From: Takakia lepidozioides
Lineage: Eukaryota > Plantae > Bryophyta
Assembly (NCBI GenBank): GCA_030704615.1
Contig: CM060732.1
Coordinates: forward strand, 6,324,001 to 6,388,000
Direction: 5' to 3'
Length of the DNA: 64,000 nucleotides
In this document: positions 35,517 to 49,583 of the stretch, in pieces
Layout of the letters: every line of letters starts with the position of its first letter
Position numbering within the stretch: the stretch's first letter is position 1
Program-made: the position numbers and the translations under genes
The notes under the pieces: generated by a model
Databases searched by the model: none
What the model was told of the DNA's origin: nothing
What the model saw: only the letters and a program-made list of their open reading frames with translations

Positions 35517-37480
35517 TCAGCGTGTTGGGGGGGGGGGAGTCGACCCCGACTTCATTTTGAAAACCATGTTCTTGGGATGACACAATTGCAGCTTCACCTC
35601 ATCTGCGATATGTACTTCGTCAAGAAGGTCATCAAAGGTCGGGTGGATATAGACATCGTCATCTGTGAACGTTAACGGGTCATACTCATTGTCGGGAGCA
35701 TCATCGGACCCATATCCAACATCGGAGGCGGATGAGTCCCTTGGAAACGGAATATCGTCACTCAACGAATGTGCCTCAGAAGCAGAGTCTTCGGAATGCA
35801 AGTTCCTCTCGTACCATGCTGCAGCATCATCTACTGACCTGTCACGTAACAGTCGACAATTGCTATACACATATACCAATTTGTCAGCCCTCGCGGGATT
35901 CAACCTGTTGCGAATCTTGTTATGAATAAATGAGTAACTGCTCCAATTGCGTTCGCAAGATGAGGCAGAGTACACTTGGGCAAGAATACGTTTTGCAATG
36001 GGAGCCAATGTTCTTGCTCCAGCTCCAATCAAATCCCACCATTCATGTGGCAACATGTTGAGCTCTTTCGGATTCGGCATGTCCTCAAAAGGGTCGCGGC
36101 GATCTGAAAAACATTGGTACTCGGATATAGCTCTCTCTGTCATGTTCAAAGGAGTCAGTCGCATCAGCACGCGTATGAGGCCGGCCTTGGCATCAGCGTC
36201 GTCTCGGAGTATGGTATTGTCGAATAAGAATGGATTGAGCAAAGCCCCCGCATAATGCAAGTCCGTTCGAACCATCGTCCGACGCTCGTAAAATGCATCA
36301 TCGGCACTGTCCGCAAGGTCAGGTTCCAAGAAGAAAGGAGGATGCCTTAGGGATTGGACATGCTTATCTAGATTTTGTATTAGTAACCATGCCTTGCCCA
36401 TTACTGGTTGTTTTCCATCAGACTCCCGCAAGACAATTAACACCGGTTCTACCATATAAACAAAGTCATTTCTTCTAGAAATCATCGTTGCGAATGGTGT
36501 TGTGAACTTTTCGACATTTGCCCAATGACTTGGCTTTTCACGAGTCCCGCAACGTCCGTGTGTATGCCTCCCATTGAGGATCGATGACGGTGTGCTCGAG
36601 ACTGCGTTTGACCGTCACCAATCGATCCACCATCAAGAAGTTAATGACAAAACGGGTTTCGCCTGGATTCCAGAGGCTGTATTTTGGTTCATGTCTCCTA
36701 TATATTGCCAAAGGGATGTGGTGTGTGCGGATGAACAACACAACGGTCGTCGCTCGCCGCACAGGTTATTTCACCCACTGTTTTTTTTCCCAATCTTCCA
36801 AAAGGAGGTCAATGATATGAGCTGCACAACCTTGGTAGTACATATGGGGATATCGTGCCAATAACATGTCTGCAGTGTTCTTCATGTTAGCGGCATTGTC
36901 CGTGCATATTTACACGATTCTATCACTTCCGACCTGTTCGATGAAGTCCGTCAATAGCCCACATTGTTAACGTCCATCTTTCTTCTCGCCACTAGTGTCA
37001 TCCAATCCCAAGAACTGTTCCCCAGCTAGACATACGAGCATGACATTGAACAATGGTTTGTTTGTAAGAAGACTCTATCCATCGGCACATATAGTGCTTC
37101 CATATTTTCTCAGAGACTTGCCCATTCTATCGTTGACCTTTTGGGTAAGCTCTGTCATGGCGTCTTCTAGCAATCCTATGAAGAGATTGTGATAAGAAGT
37201 AGGCACGTATGTGGATTTGGACTCCGAGGTTGCTCTAACGGCCGAAACAAATGTCGGAAGCCTTGCCACATTAAACGATATATTGGCCTCGACAAAGTTA
37301 AGGCCGTTGCTCTGGCTAGCTGATCTTCAGGACTGTCTGTCTTATGTTCATTCTTCCCTTTGTACTCCTGTCAATATTGAGAGCATCTCCACTTCATCTG
37401 GGTTTCTCTTCTGTCTCTCTGCTCCTCTGTTCCCATCCACTGTCCCCAAAGATCTTACCTACACACCCGACCGTTTTATG
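35517..37480 (-). pseudogene. hAT transposase (DUF659-type core and C-terminal dimerisation domain), degenerate
   Basis: GSTICADG, TDNAANM, GCAAHIIDLLLED, ETRF, EWW, SASSCERNWSSYSFIHNKIRNRL..KLVYV. Confidence 0.92.
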
Positions 37481-38852
37481 GACTTCGAATGATCACTCGC
37501 ACTACAGCTGTTTCGTTCATCCATGTTTTCAATTATTCATCCATTTTCTTTGTTGTCATCCAAAACTCGTTTACCATTATTCATCCGTCCTTCATTTCAT
37601 CCATCTGAACCACGTGCGAACGCCCGTGGATTTAGTTCTAGTTCTGTTATGGAGTCATAGACAATGTTGTACATTCGGGTCGAAGATGTAGTAGATCCTT
37701 TTATTTTCTACTAATATTTATTTCGACCAATACAGACCTACATTCTACATTCTAGTACATAATCCGAGAGTCCGAGTTCTATTTTCAAGAGAGAAAGAAG
37801 CAAATCTTCAATCCCCCTCCCATGTATATTGGATACTGGACAAGTTCTATCCTCACATTTCATCTAGTCTAGATCTGTTTTTCTCTCTAAGCCAACTATG
37901 GAACCAACTCTGGAGCAATGTAGACAATGTGACAACAAGCAGTAGGCTTCAGGATAGGGTTATCTAAGACCTCTGAAAAGTCTCAGATTTTCCAGCTCTG
38001 CGAAGTGCTGGCAATGTGGCCCAATGTCCCTTTGCACTTGCATGTGATGAGCATGTTCCTTTGTGCTTCGTAAGGAAACATCAGGTCAGTTGCAGAGTTT
38101 GCGTAAATAGACAGCATCTGAAAAAGGAATTCACAGTTTCTGCTGAACCAGTATACTTGTAACCTATCTGTTCTTGATCCCTTTGAAGAGCTCTTGCTGG
38201 TAGGCAAGGATCTAGCAACTATTTATTCACCATCATCAAGAGCAGGATTAACAAGTGCAAATGGGTAGCTCCTGTCTGGTAGTATTATATCTCTGCATAC
38301 TTGTTGCAAAAGGTAGTTAAGGTTATACCATACATCAATGCCTAAATTACCTAGTATGTCGGCTTGAATAGTGGTCGCTGTCAAAATTTGATGTCTTCTG
38401 AGAACATGTAGACTTTTAAGTGATGCTCAACTTCTCGCTATTGACAACTGCTGAATTAGACATTGACATAGTTGGGAGCCAAGGGACATGTTCCCTGGCT
38501 TCTGGAAACTCAGCCACCCTCACATCTTTGCACAACCCACTTCCATGCTGGGCTGTCGATCATCACAACTTCCAACTCTGAAATTCACATGCTGGTTGGC
38601 AGCCCTAACACTGAGTACAAGAAGTAAACAATCAACTCCCTACAAATGCGGCTGGGAGTGCATCGCCAGTCACAATATAGTGAGAAAATGGCAGATAGGA
38701 AAGAGAAAGCTCAGGGTGTATCTGCCACAATGGAAGGTACCTGTTGGGCCACACAATGGATACCTCACCAGCACCAAATAAGAATGCAGGTCCTACCCTG
38801 ACTAAGGATATGAATTTATGTACAGAACCTGTATTGATGAAGTATTCACTAT

Positions 38853-40239
38853 TCACAGTGCAGTTCGTATGTGCAAAGTGGGATAGAAAGCAAGATACTG
38901 TTTAATCCCACTTCCCCATATAACTCTCCTAGTTCCTATGATATCTCTTATTCTAAGTGGCTCAATTCCAGGGCAAAGGGACACCCAGTGCCAGGACTTG
39001 CTGGTTAGGTCACAGGTCAATGCCTTACCCTCCTCAGATGCCTTAATGCTGAAAACCACCACAGAATCGCCTCGTCCGACACAACTATATTTTGCAAAAT
39101 CCATCTCAAGCAATTCCTCACTATCTTGATTTGGCTTTATCTCCAAATCAACCCACTTTGTCACTGGACCTTGCCCAAGCTCCCAAACCCTAAGGCTCTT
39201 CTTGCAATCGCCCCCTTCCAAAATTGCTGCAACCAACAACAAGCGCTGATGGCACTCTACAAGATTTACGGTTATGATTCTATATATTGAAGATGCTAAT
39301 GATGGCAACTGTATGTCCGACCAGAGCTCAAAACCGATACTGTATTGCCTCAAAACCCCTGGTGCAAGAAAAGAAATGCAATAAAGGACCTCATTAACAA
39401 ATGCAATCTTCTCTGGCAGGTCACCATTGTGGGCTGATGAGGAAAGAAATGGCCTCCAGCTGTCACATACGGAGTCGTACAGCTCTGACAAACGCTCACA
39501 GTGATCAGATTCGTCATATTGACACAGCTCATGATATATTTTGAGATTCCCTGTGTACATATCCACATCCATCTCGAAGCCCTCACATGTGAATCCACCT
39601 ACTGGAAACAAGCAGGGAGGTAACTTCCACCAAGATTTTGTCAGAGGGTTGCAAATGTACAAAACATGTTCTAAGGAGCGGCACAGTAGGAGGCCCCCAG
39701 CTGACGTACAAACTTGAATGCTTGATGCTTTTAGACCATTGAATGTGAGGGGAATACCCCTGTACCATTTTTGTACAGTGGGATTGAAAGCTGACATTGT
39801 CTGGCAGTTTAGGATGTAGTTGCAAACAAGGAGCCAAGGCTCACAGCAAGGGACCCGTGCAACATCATCTAGAGAGAACTTCAGGGAGTTCCATGCTTTG
39901 CAAACAGTTCGCAGCCGGACCACATAGGGAATGGGTAGCCAGGCCAGAACCTTCACAAGCAGATCATGGAATTTCCCTGTCCATCTCCTCTTCACCCTTG
40001 TCCAGTACCAAGCTCAGGTTCCTACCATTTGAAGAGGCTTCATCCAAATCGATGGCGGTCGGGGTATGCTGGATGCTCGAATTCCGTCTCACACATCCAG
40101 GCCAAGGACTTGTGATGGCAAGCTTACAAGCATGAAATGCCTGCTTGAGCATGGCCCGGGTGACAGCCGCATACTTGAATAGGGAGAACTGCTGCAGCAT
40201 GAATAAAGGATTCAACAGATGGCCTACCTGTTGAAACAA
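38853..40239 (-). pseudogene. F-box protein with kelch/FBA-like beta-propeller; frameshift at the F-box start
   Basis: DLLVKVLAWLPIPYVVRLRTVCKAWNSL, SAGGLLLC..YICNPLTKSWWKLPP, NLVECHQRLLLV. The upstream frame ..EEMDREI is out of phase at ~39968 and the usual W..LP is missing. Confidence 0.8.
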
Positions 40240-41811
40240 ATGGCAATTTAACTCTTAGAAGCATGGGATTACATCTCTTTATAAAAAGAGGAGGGACAAG
40301 CACATGCGAAACAGAAAGGCGGGAGAAAGACAAGGGAGACACACGCACAGATGCTGAGGCATGTGAAGATGTGGAAAGAATGATAAAAAATTCAGTGAAC
40401 GGATTGCAAAAGCAGGCATGTAAATGCCCTCCAAATTACAACTGTCCGAGATGAAGTTGCTATGCGCATATGCACAATAGAGCTCGAGAGTTGCTCCTGT
40501 GCATGCTTAGGAGGCTTCCATCCAACTATCGTACACAGCCCTTACAAAACCACTTTCCTGTGTCCAGACACTTATTTTGAGATCTCTTCTCTACTTCACA
40601 GTGCCTAGCGCATCATTTGACAATTTCAGGACCGTCAACAAGGGGCTTTGTTGGATCGAACAAGCATCATCTCCTGCCAGACGTAGAGCTAACACAAGCT
40701 GATTTGAGGACGGCATCCTACCCTCAGGACGAGGGCAGGACAGAAGTCGGTCCCTCAAGAAAGCTGTCCAAGCCCTGAGCATTTTCGGAGAGTGATTTTG
40801 GCGAGCAGAACATTCTCCGAATGAGATTACAAAACAAGGTTACAGAACTATATCCACACCTCCCAGTAATCACAGTAAACATTCCAAACAGGCGCACCTT
40901 GTTAAGAAGAAACGGAGATGGAGTCACTTCGATCCGGAGTCGGCAATGACAAGAATCCAGATAAACCCAGCGGAAACGGGGCTACAATTAGAGAGGCGAA
41001 ACCTCGAGAGTGGGAAAAATGCCTTCAACATGTGATCATAGTGATTGGATGTAACGTCTAGTTGGTTTCCAGGTAAAACCACATAATCGAAACACTCCGA
41101 CACACAAACTGACGACTATGTCGACCATGGCAGAGGAACCCGACGCTGAGACAAAGAATGATAAAAGGGAAACTATGGCCCGAGGACGGACTGGACAGAA
41201 CTTAGGCGAGATGGACAAACAACAGAACTAAAGACACGACCACAGTGATTCGATTGTGATTGCGACGACCATCAATTACATCGATAATGTTCCCTGCTCC
41301 CGAGGCGTCAATGCGCTGATTCCAAGCGAGAGAGGAGAAGACGAAATCCAAGACCACAAGTACAAGACAGCAATTGAGCACAGACTACAAGCATGGATAG
41401 GATGCCGTAGAGTCTGCGTCTTGAAAAGACGCGACAAGTACTTACCACGGCGCTTTTCACGGATTCAAAGAATAGATAACTGTCCGATGACAGATCAACA
41501 TGTGTCTCGATAATACAGCGCCTTGTACGATGGCGCGCCTGTTGGATTGCACAGAAACAGACGCGCGTAGGAAGAGAGGCACAGCGCAGAAACGACTCAA
41601 ACGAGAGAGACGACGACGGCGCCTCGTGCAGTGCACAGCCTTCGATGCTCTCCCGCATGCCCCACCGGCCCACAATGGGAACTCCGGGAACAAGAATCTG
41701 GAGAACAAAGAACGACGATCCCGCGTTGACCAAGTGTCTCAAGGTGTGTCGATCCAAACTAGAATCACCCTGCTGTGATGAATACACTTACCGCACCTAT
41801 ATGGAAGCGAG

Positions 41812-44800
41812 GTGTAACCTGGACATATACTTCAAAATCCAGGAACGCAAGTGGAAGCTTCAGGCAGGGATAAATTGGTCCACCATGACGAAATATTTCT
41901 TTGATAAGTCTAGGCTAAGGAGAGCCTCTCAACGTACCACAGAGTTGATTGATCAACCCTCTGGCATCTTAGCTAGTACCCCAAAAGCCATGGCAGAGTA
42001 GGCTAGTAAACATTTCCAACAGTTGTACCACTCTCATCATACTGGAGCCCTCGGAATTTCAAGCCTCTTGCTTGGCTCACACTCCCAAAGTCCTCTCAGC
42101 CCATTCGGCCTCCTCCCTTGAAGGGGAATTCACTGACATGGAGCTGGGGGAGGCTCTTGACAAACTCCAAAACAACAAAACCCCGGGTATGGATGGCTTA
42201 TCTGTAGAATTTTTCAAATCCCTGTGGCAAGACATATCGTAGGATTTTACAGACATGGCAAACCACCTGTTTCAGCTTGGATCAATGCCCCCTTCTTTGT
42301 CCCAGGGTGTCATCACCTTGCTTTATAAAAAGGGAGACAGGACCAACATTACTAACTACCGACCAATTACCTTACTCAATGTGGCCTACAAAATAATAGC
42401 TAAAGCATTAGCCCTAAGACTCCAGCCTCTTCTTTCTACACTCATAAGACCCAATCAGACTGGGTTTATCAAGGGCAGGTACATTCTCGATAATCTCCTT
42501 TTGGCACAAGAGATCCCTGAATAAGCAGCAAAGTCAAACCAAGCCATAGCCATGCTGCTTCTGGACTTTGACAAGGCATTTGATAGGGTTGAATGGTCTT
42601 GCCTTCTAGCTGCACTGTCTAAAATTGGATTTCCTCATTCATTCTGCCTCTGGGTTAAAATCCTCCTTACAACATCCTCGAGCGGGGTCATTGTCAATGG
42701 CCACCTCTCTTCCCCCTTCCCCCTACAGCGGTCAGTTCGTCAAGGGTGCCCTTTGGCCCCTTTCCTTTTCCTAATTGTTGCAGATTCCCTTGGCTACATG
42801 CTACAACAAAACCAGTCCATCAAAGGCCTCCGCATAACACACTATATTACCAGGCAATATATCCACCTTGTGGACCCTATGTTTGTCGATGATACTTTCT
42901 TAATGTTGCAGGTTACTCCAGAAAACCTTGATGCGGCAGGTCAAACATTGGATACATTCTGTAGTGCATCTGGATTTAAAGTAAATTGGAACAAAACCGT
43001 AGCTTTGCTAGTGGGTGATTCTTCAGCCTCCAGGCTTGGAACGACACCCTCATGGGGGGTTGAGCATGGTCTAACTTGGTTGAAACCTGGGGAAACCACC
43101 ACCCTTTTGGGGTACACGTTTGGGATAGACCTTACTGATCACTAGAAGTTTGCTCCTACTGTAACCAAGTTTAAAAGAAAGCTAGCCTTTTGGGGGTCCA
43201 AACACCTTTCCCTCACAAGCCGTGTACTGGCTACAAATCAAGTTCTGTCAGCCGGTATCTGGTTCTTTGCCTCATCCTGGTGTCCAGATTCCAAACAGAT
43301 TGTGGAATTCGAGGTCTCCTAAGAAACTTTATCTGGGGTGCTCAAACTCCTCTCAATCTAAGAGACCCCAAGTAGCATGGATTCAAATATGCTTCCCCAA
43401 AAAGAAAGGGGGCCTTGGGGTGTTGGATCCAGAAACCCAGATAATAGCCCTTCTAGGGAAGTGGATCCCTAGATTCCTGGGCCCCGAAGGGGGCTGGTGG
43501 AAATTCTTAGTGTTTGACCACATTGCCTTGGCCTCTCCCCTCAAAACCACTCCATGGAAGTCCTCACTCCGTTGGATCACACAGGGCTTCAATCACAAAA
43601 AGGTGGGTTTTTGCCTCTGGTCCAAGATCTGGTCTGCCTGGGGTAGACTTCGTAAACTCCTTGTTAAAACCCAGCCAAGCAACTATTATGAAACCCTTAG
43701 GCAACATCTATTCCTTAACACAAATACCCTGGACTCTTCACAGAGAAACCATGCAAAGCGTTGGTCAGTTTGGGACAGTTGTGGAATCAGCCAAGTGAAC
43801 AGCCTCTGGAAAAATGGCAGCCTTGTATCTCTGGACTCAGTGGCAGATGTGGTTGGCAGGTCTAGACAAAACAAAGGCTATCACAACCTTATCCAAGGTA
43901 TCAGCAATCAATGGTTGTCCACCCTTCAGGATAGTCCACCCTCTCCCTCTCCCAACTCTTGGGCTCTTTCCATCCTTCAAGGTCAGCTTGTTATCCTCTT
44001 TGTCAAGGACATCCTCCCTGGACAACTATCAATTTACTCATTTAGCATCAATACTACATCCTTGGTACTCTCGCTTCTCTCTCCTCATCCCCTTCTCATT
44101 CAGACCATTGGCCTTACCCCAGTGAGGATATGCTGTTGGACCTCACCTGATACATCGATGAACCCGGAACCTCCTCTCACCATCCCTCTCCATGTCTGGT
44201 TGGCCAAAAGCACATTTGTCTGGATTCTGGGTCGACCTCTGGCAGAGCTGGATTTGGATCCATTAGAGTGGTCTTGGAGTTTCAAAAATCAGCCAGAGCC
44301 CTTCTTTTCATATACAACCAAGAAGGGCTACCTGGGGCTCTCTCTCAAACTCAACCTATGAAAGCAAAATGGGAATCCAGATGGGGGCTCCATGGGTTCA
44401 GTGATGAGAACCGGTCAGTGATTTGGAGTGTTATATGGAATAAAACTCGTCTAGCTAAAATATCTGTGTTTCTCTGGCAACTAGCCAACAGAGTGCTTAA
44501 GACTGGAGAGTGGCTGCAGTTTCATGCAGCTTTACTTTGTGCCTGTTGTTCCAATGCAGTCACGAAGTCCATTGAGCATTTCCTACTCTCTTGTCAAGCC
44601 CCAGCTCGTGTGTGGCCACTGGTTAAATCCTTCTATCAGCACTGGAACCCAAGAACACTTTCAGACACAGATCTGCTGCTAAACTATGACCCTAGAACCA
44701 AGTCCAGATCTATCAGCTGTCCGGTTTTTGAGACCCTTAGAGCTTCGGCCTTGTGGCATCTGTGGAAAATATGTTGTATGAAGCAAGACGTTTGTTTTGT

Positions 44801-46110
44801 TTTGTTTTGTTTTGTAGCGTCGTTGAGATCTCCCAAACCGCGGGCCCGAGCGCTGGTGCTTGGTGTTGTTGGAAAGCCCTCGACGAGGAGGGGTGCACCG
44901 ACTTGGTCTCATAATTTCTGGACCTGCGGTGTGGGAGATGTGGAATTCCAAGTACTTTTGGTTGGTGGAAATTCACGCAAAATGGGTATTCCTGGGACAA
45001 TGGTTGGAGCCTCGACAGGAGAGATATCATTTAGGAAAGGTCTCCCGCTCAAATCTGGTTGTAGGCTCTGTGGAAAAAAAATGCATTTGGACTTAGATGA
45101 CACTAGACACTTGGGCCAACGGCACAGGCTACCCTAGAGACAGGAGATATATCAATAATGATAGGATATATTACTACTCAATAAATTCATGGAAAAAAAT
45201 GAATCGGGCCTTGACATGGGAGACTTACTTTGATACATAGGAGATTGCACACCAGGCTTAGATGGGCCTCGACATGGGAGACGCACATAGGAGATGTTTT
45301 TGGATACATAGGAGACACACGGAGATTGCACTTGGGCTTAGTTGATACTGGACACTTGGGCCAACGATACAGGCTACCCTAGTACGTTGTAAGGATACAT
45401 TTTCAGGGCTTACTACTACGATTTCAGCTCTTCTATCCAATGTATTCTATGATTTGCAAACTGAGGCCAGGAAGGCGTGGCTTAAAACTTGTGCGGATAT
45501 TGATCGCAACTCCAAAAATGCAGTTGCAATCCATGAGTCCTTCCAAAACTCCTGGGGGCGCCAGGGTTTCATCTGCTATAGCCCAAGGCAAGAACTCTAT
45601 CTCTAGACCGAGCTCCCTCCCGCAGCAGGGCGAGATCACCGTGCCCCCTTGCACTCTTTCCCCTGAGTTCGAACGTGAGGTTAACTTGAAGCACCTCAAA
45701 ACCACCAAAGCCTCAAGACTTCAGTATCGGTAGATCGCAATCACAAAAGTTAAGAGCCTTAATCGTTTCTCCCGTCCCTTCTGGACTCCTCATTTTTGCA
45801 GTATCCTCTAGGAACCAACCAGTAGTTGGATTGCCATATTGTATTAATTTTGTCTGTTTCTTGGGACGCGGTCCCTGGCAAGGTTTCGCAGGAAATTTCC
45901 TCCTCCAGAGGATGTCTGGATCTTATTACATTGTCTACAGTGTGTGTGCCTTAGGGTGTTTAAGGGGGTTTTATTTTTTCCCCCCGAATAATTCCAAATA
46001 ATTTGTATGGGCTGAGCCTTCCAATAATTTTTATAATAAAGCTGATCAGGGCTACAATCCCCCTGTTCTCTAAATTAATAATATGTATATATAAGAATAT
46101 TAAATCTCAA
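41812..46110 (+). mobile_element. 5'-truncated L1-type LINE (RT and zf-RVT), degenerate, interrupted at 44777-45382
   Basis: KTPGMDG, NYRPITLLNVAYKIIAK, LDFDKAFDRVEW, VRQGCPLAPFLF, FVDD, FLWQL..C..C..SIEHFLLSC; several stops; AT-rich tail near 46075-46110. Confidence 0.92.
44777..45382 (+). mobile_element. Non-autonomous Helitron-like element, copy A
   Basis: 3' hairpin-like cttgggccaacggcacagg followed by CTAG at 45134 and 45379, the last followed by T; similar to 46235-47039. Confidence 0.7.
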
Positions 46111-46234
46111 TATTTTGATGAGGTATTAGCTGTGGTTAGTGGCAGAGGTAGTTGGACTCCAACCTTGGGCAGTTCCTACTCATCATCAGTGTGTGGCATG
46201 TAAGTATTTCCATGTGGATCCAATACCATCAACA

Positions 46235-47039
46235 TATGAAGCGAGACGTTTGTTTTGTTTTGTTTGTTTTGTTTGTAGCGTCGTTGAGATCTCCCAAACG
46301 GGCCCCAGCCCCGGTTCTTGATGCCGTTGGAAAGCCCTTGATGAGGAGGGGTGCACCGGCTTGGTCCCATGATTTTTGGACCCGCGGTGTGGGAGATATC
46401 GAATTTCAAGCACTTCTGGTCTCTGGAAATTCGAAGTGGGCTTTCCTAGAGCAGTGATTGGCCCTTCATGTGGGAGATTTGGAATTTCAAGTACTTTTGG
46501 TCGCTGGAAATTCGCGAAAAATAGCAAAGTGGATATATCACTATATGAAGTCGACAGAGGAGATTGCAAAAATAGCAAAATGGGCTTTGGGATTGCAGTT
46601 GGACTTAGGTGACATTGGACACTCGAGGTCGCACTTGGGCCTCTACATGGGAGACACACATGGATACATAGGAGATTGCACTTGGGCTTAGTCACACATG
46701 GGCCAATGGCACATGCTACCCTAGATCTCCCAAATAGTGGGGTCTCTGGATACATAAGGGATTGCAATTGGACATAGATGACACTAGACACTTGGGCCAA
46801 CGCACAGGCTACCCTAGCAAAGTGGGCTTTGCTAGAACAATGACGTGGAGATCTCGCAAACTGTAGGGTCACTGGATACATAGGAGATCGCACTTGGACT
46901 TAGATGACAGTGGACACTCGAGATCGCACTTGGGCCTCTACATGGGAGAAACACTTGGATACATAGGAAATTGCACTTGGGCTTAGATTTCAATTCTTCA
47001 CACACGGGACAGTTGGGCCAATGGCACAGGCTACCCTAG
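46235..47039 (+). mobile_element. Non-autonomous Helitron-like element, copy B, with three stacked 3' ends
   Basis: Same tatgaagc.agacgtttgttttg start; ctaccCTAG at 46721, 46814 and 47036. Confidence 0.7.
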
Positions 47040-48094
47040 TATGGATTAAAACAACAGTGATGTATCCCTCCAAACCACTCTTGTAGTGAGTGATGTACTA
47101 CCTACTGTATTGACAGCTGAAAGCTTACATTATAGTATTATGTAGCTCAGTTCAACACTCCACCAAGACCGGCATGATGCTGTTTTTGCATGATTCTCTT
47201 TATGTTTCTCCTCTATTGTTCCCGCTAGATAGCCAAGAGCATGCCCAGCGGAGGCTCACTAAATAGACGCATAACCGTCAACTTCCGTTGCTGAGGCAAT
47301 AATGCCAGCAAGCGGCCAACTTGCCGCTTGCCCCAGCAGCAACCCGCGTATGCGGACGCACGGCATTCTGTCAACCTATGGATGCACGCCATTCTCGACT
47401 TCCATAGCTGGAAACTCTGCTGGTAGCGTGCGACCTTTTCACGTGTAACTTTCTCGGATGCGACCTCAATAGCGTGCGACCTTCTCACTTAGCAAATTGG
47501 TAGTAGATGCCGTGGGAGAGAGCCATAGTTTAAGCAGGGACGAGGGCTTACCGAGCCTGCGGTGCTGCTGGGGACGCGGGAAGGCACGGCGCGCGTCATT
47601 TTGACGTTGGTGCGCCTGTTTTTGGCATTGTTGGGCATGCTCTAAGTTGGGTAGAGCACTAGCAAGAAATGCGAGGTCGTAAAAGACTTCTTGATTATTA
47701 TTTAGGTAAGGGCCCTGCCCCACCTGCAGTTAGGCACCCAATAGTTAGTGTCATTTAAGCTAACTATTGGGTTTAGGTGCCCCACTTACAGTTATATTAA
47801 CTAGCACTCCTAAGTTAGTGCACCTCACTAACTGAGATAGAGTAGTTTGGTGTAAAACTTAACGGGTCTGAAATAGGTTCTTTAAGCTAATAGGTGTACA
47901 CGTCCTTGCCACGGTGGCTTGCCATCTCCTTGTTTTCTCCTTGACCGTGACGGAGAGTATTTTAAGGAGCGTGGAGAGTATCACGAGAGTTGACTGTCGC
48001 GGGGGAGCCTGGCTCTGCCTGGATCGAGCTTCATCGACATGCAAAAAGGAGCTCAATGCGCAGTGAAGAGAGTACGCCCTAATCAAAGGCCATG

Positions 48095-48234
48095 ACATGC
48101 AGACCCATCTAAACCATTTTTGGAAGCAGATGCATCGGACTTTGCACTTGGCGCGGTACTCTCTCAATACGGTACAGATGGCCGACTCCACCCTGTTGGT
48201 TTTCGTTCTCACAAATTTTCCGCTGCGGAGATCA
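48095..48234 (+). mobile_element. Isolated Ty3/gypsy RNase H fragment
   Basis: EADASDFALGAVLSQYGTDGRLHPVGFRSHKFSAAEI. Confidence 0.88.
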
Positions 48235-48524
48235 GGGAAAGGGCTGAGAAAGTAGCTGAGATATAATATAGCTTTCTACATGAGCATCCGTATTCATGGA
48301 CAACATATAGGTTGAACTCAAATTTAGTCCATCAGAAAATCAGAAATGGGCAAGACACATAGTGGCTCATATATGTAGACATGTTACAATGTTTATTATG
48401 CAAACTGATAAACAAGGCTGTCTTGTTCAAAACAAAAAGGGCCACCACAATTTTGTCACTACAATCCAGCGCTACATATTGAAGAGACCAAGCATGCTAT
48501 TTAATTTCCAGCCACAATCACTCA

Positions 48525-49583
48525 CTACCGATCAGTCATTCTACTCGCAATCTTCTCAAAAGCACTGGCCAAACTACCAAGCACTCCAATTAAAGCTCGG
48601 CGATCAACTTGTTCTTCAATAATCTTTTTCTCCTCCATTGCCACTTTTCTCTCTTCAATTGCCAACTTTGTTTCTTCAAGTACCATCATGGATGCTTCCC
48701 TCTCCTTGATATACTCTGTTTGTTCTTTGAATACTAAAACATAACTATCCGAGTCTCCATAATTGCACATTCTACTGCTGACCTTTGGCTGGATTTTTTT
48801 CTTTTGCCTGAAGATCCAGGCTCCCTATCCCCAACTAGAGATGTTGTTGGAGGTGGAGTAGCACCTGACATTTATGCACTTACAAGTGGAGGTTCACCCT
48901 CTTCTTGAGAACCAACTGTAGATGCAGGATTTGGTCCAGAACTATCAACCAAACATGGGGGGTTAAATAAAGGACGAGATTCAAACACATTGTCCAATGC
49001 ATCATAGATCTCTTGCTCAAAATTCCTTGCCAACCCTGCTACATGTCTCTCATTGAGGACATGGTCGAATATGGTTCATTTCCAGTGACTTTATCCCAAT
49101 CCTTCACCCCCTTGAAGTCAGCCAAAATATTCTCCCATTTGGTTCTACATCCATTTCCTTCTCTTTCATAGTTATGATCAACCATGTAACCTCCAATGAT
49201 TTCCCATCTCTGATTTGCTGACAATGTGATTCTCTCTCTACTAGAAGCTTGCTCATATTTCTCCCACTCTATTCTCTTTGTTGCAATCAAACAAAGTGTC
49301 TCAACCAAGTCCCACTTACGTGCTCGTGGACGTTTCTCCTTGTTTCCAGCTTGATTTCCAGCCCGCTTCCCCTTTGGGACTGGCTTGGATTTTTGAACCC
49401 TACTAGGTGCGCTGGGAGGTTCATCTTCTAGTACAGGTTCATGTTCCATGGCAGGTTCTTCATCATCCATTCCCTCCATCATGAAATCCAGCATACCTCT
49501 AATCAGCGGTCTTTGAGCTGATGATCTTTGATGTGGTGTACTTCCACTGGGAGTCATATGAACTGCTGAACTCTCCTCCTCTG
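48525..49583 (-). pseudogene. Myb/SANT (trihelix-type) DNA-binding protein with coiled coil, probably a PIF/Harbinger accessory ORF
   Basis: KWDLVETLCLI..RWEII..CRTKWENILADFKGVKDW..FEQEIYDALD; internal stop at 49039. Confidence 0.7.

Noticed and set aside
35484-35540. Duplicated gggttcagcgtgttgg plus poly-G
   Set aside because: Small local slippage or homopolymer error with no wider pattern.
40560-41800. Coding gene upstream of the F-box ORF
   Set aside because: Only short ORFs with no recognisable motif; may be UTR or promoter, or decayed sequence.
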